DNA of 61,165 bases, filler included. It is 4 parts of 4 records of this genome, joined end to end, with 100 filler letters (N's around TTAATTAATTAA, not from the genome) between each part and the next. Parts side by side here need not be neighbours in the genome. Positions count along the whole stretch, not along the records: positions 50,081 to 61,165 come from DRR723986_11173; 3 more parts are not named here. One strand, written 5' to 3'. Under the pieces are notes generated by a model. That model was given only the letters and a program-made list of their open reading frames with translations, was not told where the DNA came from and ran no database searches. Position 1 is the first letter of the stretch. Each line of letters begins with the position of its first letter. Positions 60,311 to 61,165 of the stretch are shown here, one piece after another. A program made the translations under genes and the position numbers.

Positions 60311-60421
60311 ACGCCATTTCTTCGAACCCGCATATTTCGGCCATCGACGAGGATAAGGACAGGACCCAAACCCGTCCCATTCTCGGGGCCGTCGCAAGAC
60401 AGCTCAATTCAAGGCACTGAT

Positions 60422-61165
60422 ATGAAACACTTTCTAGACATCAACACAACCGACCCCACCGATCTGCGGCATATGATCGACCACGCCCGGCAGATGAAGG
60501 ATGCCCGGGGCGGCCGCCCCAAGGGCACGCCCGATGACGATCAACCGCTCGCGGGCCACATGGTTGCGCTGATCTTCGAAAAACCCTCGACCCGGACCCG
60601 CGTCTCGTTTGACGTGGGCGTGCGCCAGATGGGCGGGCAAACCATGGTACTCTCGGGCAGCGACATGCAGCTTGGCCATGGCGAAACCATCGCCGACACC
60701 GCCCGCGTTCTGTCGCGTTATGTCGATCTGATCATGATCCGCACCTTCGAGGAAGCAACGCTTCAGGAAATGGCGGAATACGCCACGGTGCCCGTCATCA
60801 ACGGGCTGACCAACCGCAGCCACCCCTGCCAGATCATGACCGACATCATGACCTTCGAGGAACATCGCGGACCGATCAGGGGCAAGAAAGTCGTTTGGTG
60901 TGGTGACGGCAACAACGTCTTCGCCAGCTTCGCCCATGCAGCGGGGCAGTTCGGCTTTGACCTGACCTTTTCCGGCCCGCCGCCGCTTGACCCAGAGCAG
61001 GTGTTCATCGACGAAGCCCGCGCACGCGGCGCCAAGGTCGAGATTGAGCGCAACCCGCAAAAAGCAGTCGAGGGCGCTGACCTGGTCGTCACCGACACCT
61101 GGGTGTCGATGCACGATCCGCAATCGGCGCGCGAGCGGCGGCACAACCAGCTGCGCGGCTATCAG
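60422..61165 (+). CDS. argF: Ornithine carbamoyltransferase (3' truncated; absent from ORF track)
   Basis: Manual translation MKHFLDI...[12 protein letters not shown]...HPCQ...VTDTWVSM. Confidence 0.95.
   Translation, partial: MKHFLDINTTDPTDLRHMIDHARQMKDARGGRPKGTPDDDQPLAGHMVALIFEKPSTRTRVSFDVGVRQMGGQTMVLSGSDMQLGHGETIADTARVLSRYVDLIMIRTFEEATLQEMAEYATVPVINGLTNRSHPCQIMTDIMTFEEHRGPIRGKKVVWCGDGNNVFASFAHAAGQFGFDLTFSGPPPLDPEQVFIDEARARGAKVEIERNPQKAVEGADLVVTDTWVSMHDPQSARERRHNQLRGYQ

Noticed and set aside
60434-61144. Minus-strand ORFs at the window end
   Set aside because: Shadows of argF, which the track missed because it runs off the window

Overview
The window is not one locus. It is four contigs joined by artificial 100-bp N/TTAATTAATTAA/N spacers (1-29927, 30028-43829, 43930-49980, 50081-61165). 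By gene content and order, contigs 1 and 3 look gammaproteobacterial (Cellvibrionales/Halieaceae-like) and contigs 2 and 4 alphaproteobacterial (Roseobacter-like), so the assembly is probably mixed. Contig 1 starts with rpsR-rplI-dnaB, a lambda O/P-derived helicase-loader pair and radA. Next is the most striking element, a tightly coupled operon (~6.5-22.6 kb) that looks like an uncharacterised, signal-controlled trans-envelope electron conduit. It encodes a flavin/NADPH + 2x cNMP-binding + 4x[4Fe-4S] protein, a predicted di-heme-b membrane protein, two decaheme and one tetra/pentaheme c cytochromes (one fused to LVIVD-like repeats), a double GlcG/HbpS lipoprotein and an outer-membrane barrel. 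A PP2C phosphatase and a double-FHA protein follow, with a convergent Ser/Thr kinase, an OmpA protein and a two-partner secretion pair beyond. Contig 2 carries znuB, a MocR regulator, a BetC-like sulfatase/TTT/ROK/phosphoesterase catabolic cluster and polA. Contig 3 is the miaB-ybeZYX-lnt-leuS housekeeping block with a hemerythrin. Contig 4 carries suhB, a 1854-aa modular RTX-Hint protein, metR-metF, a PaaI thioesterase, three tandem perfect palindromes and argD-argF. All calls come from reading motifs by eye; no database searches were run.
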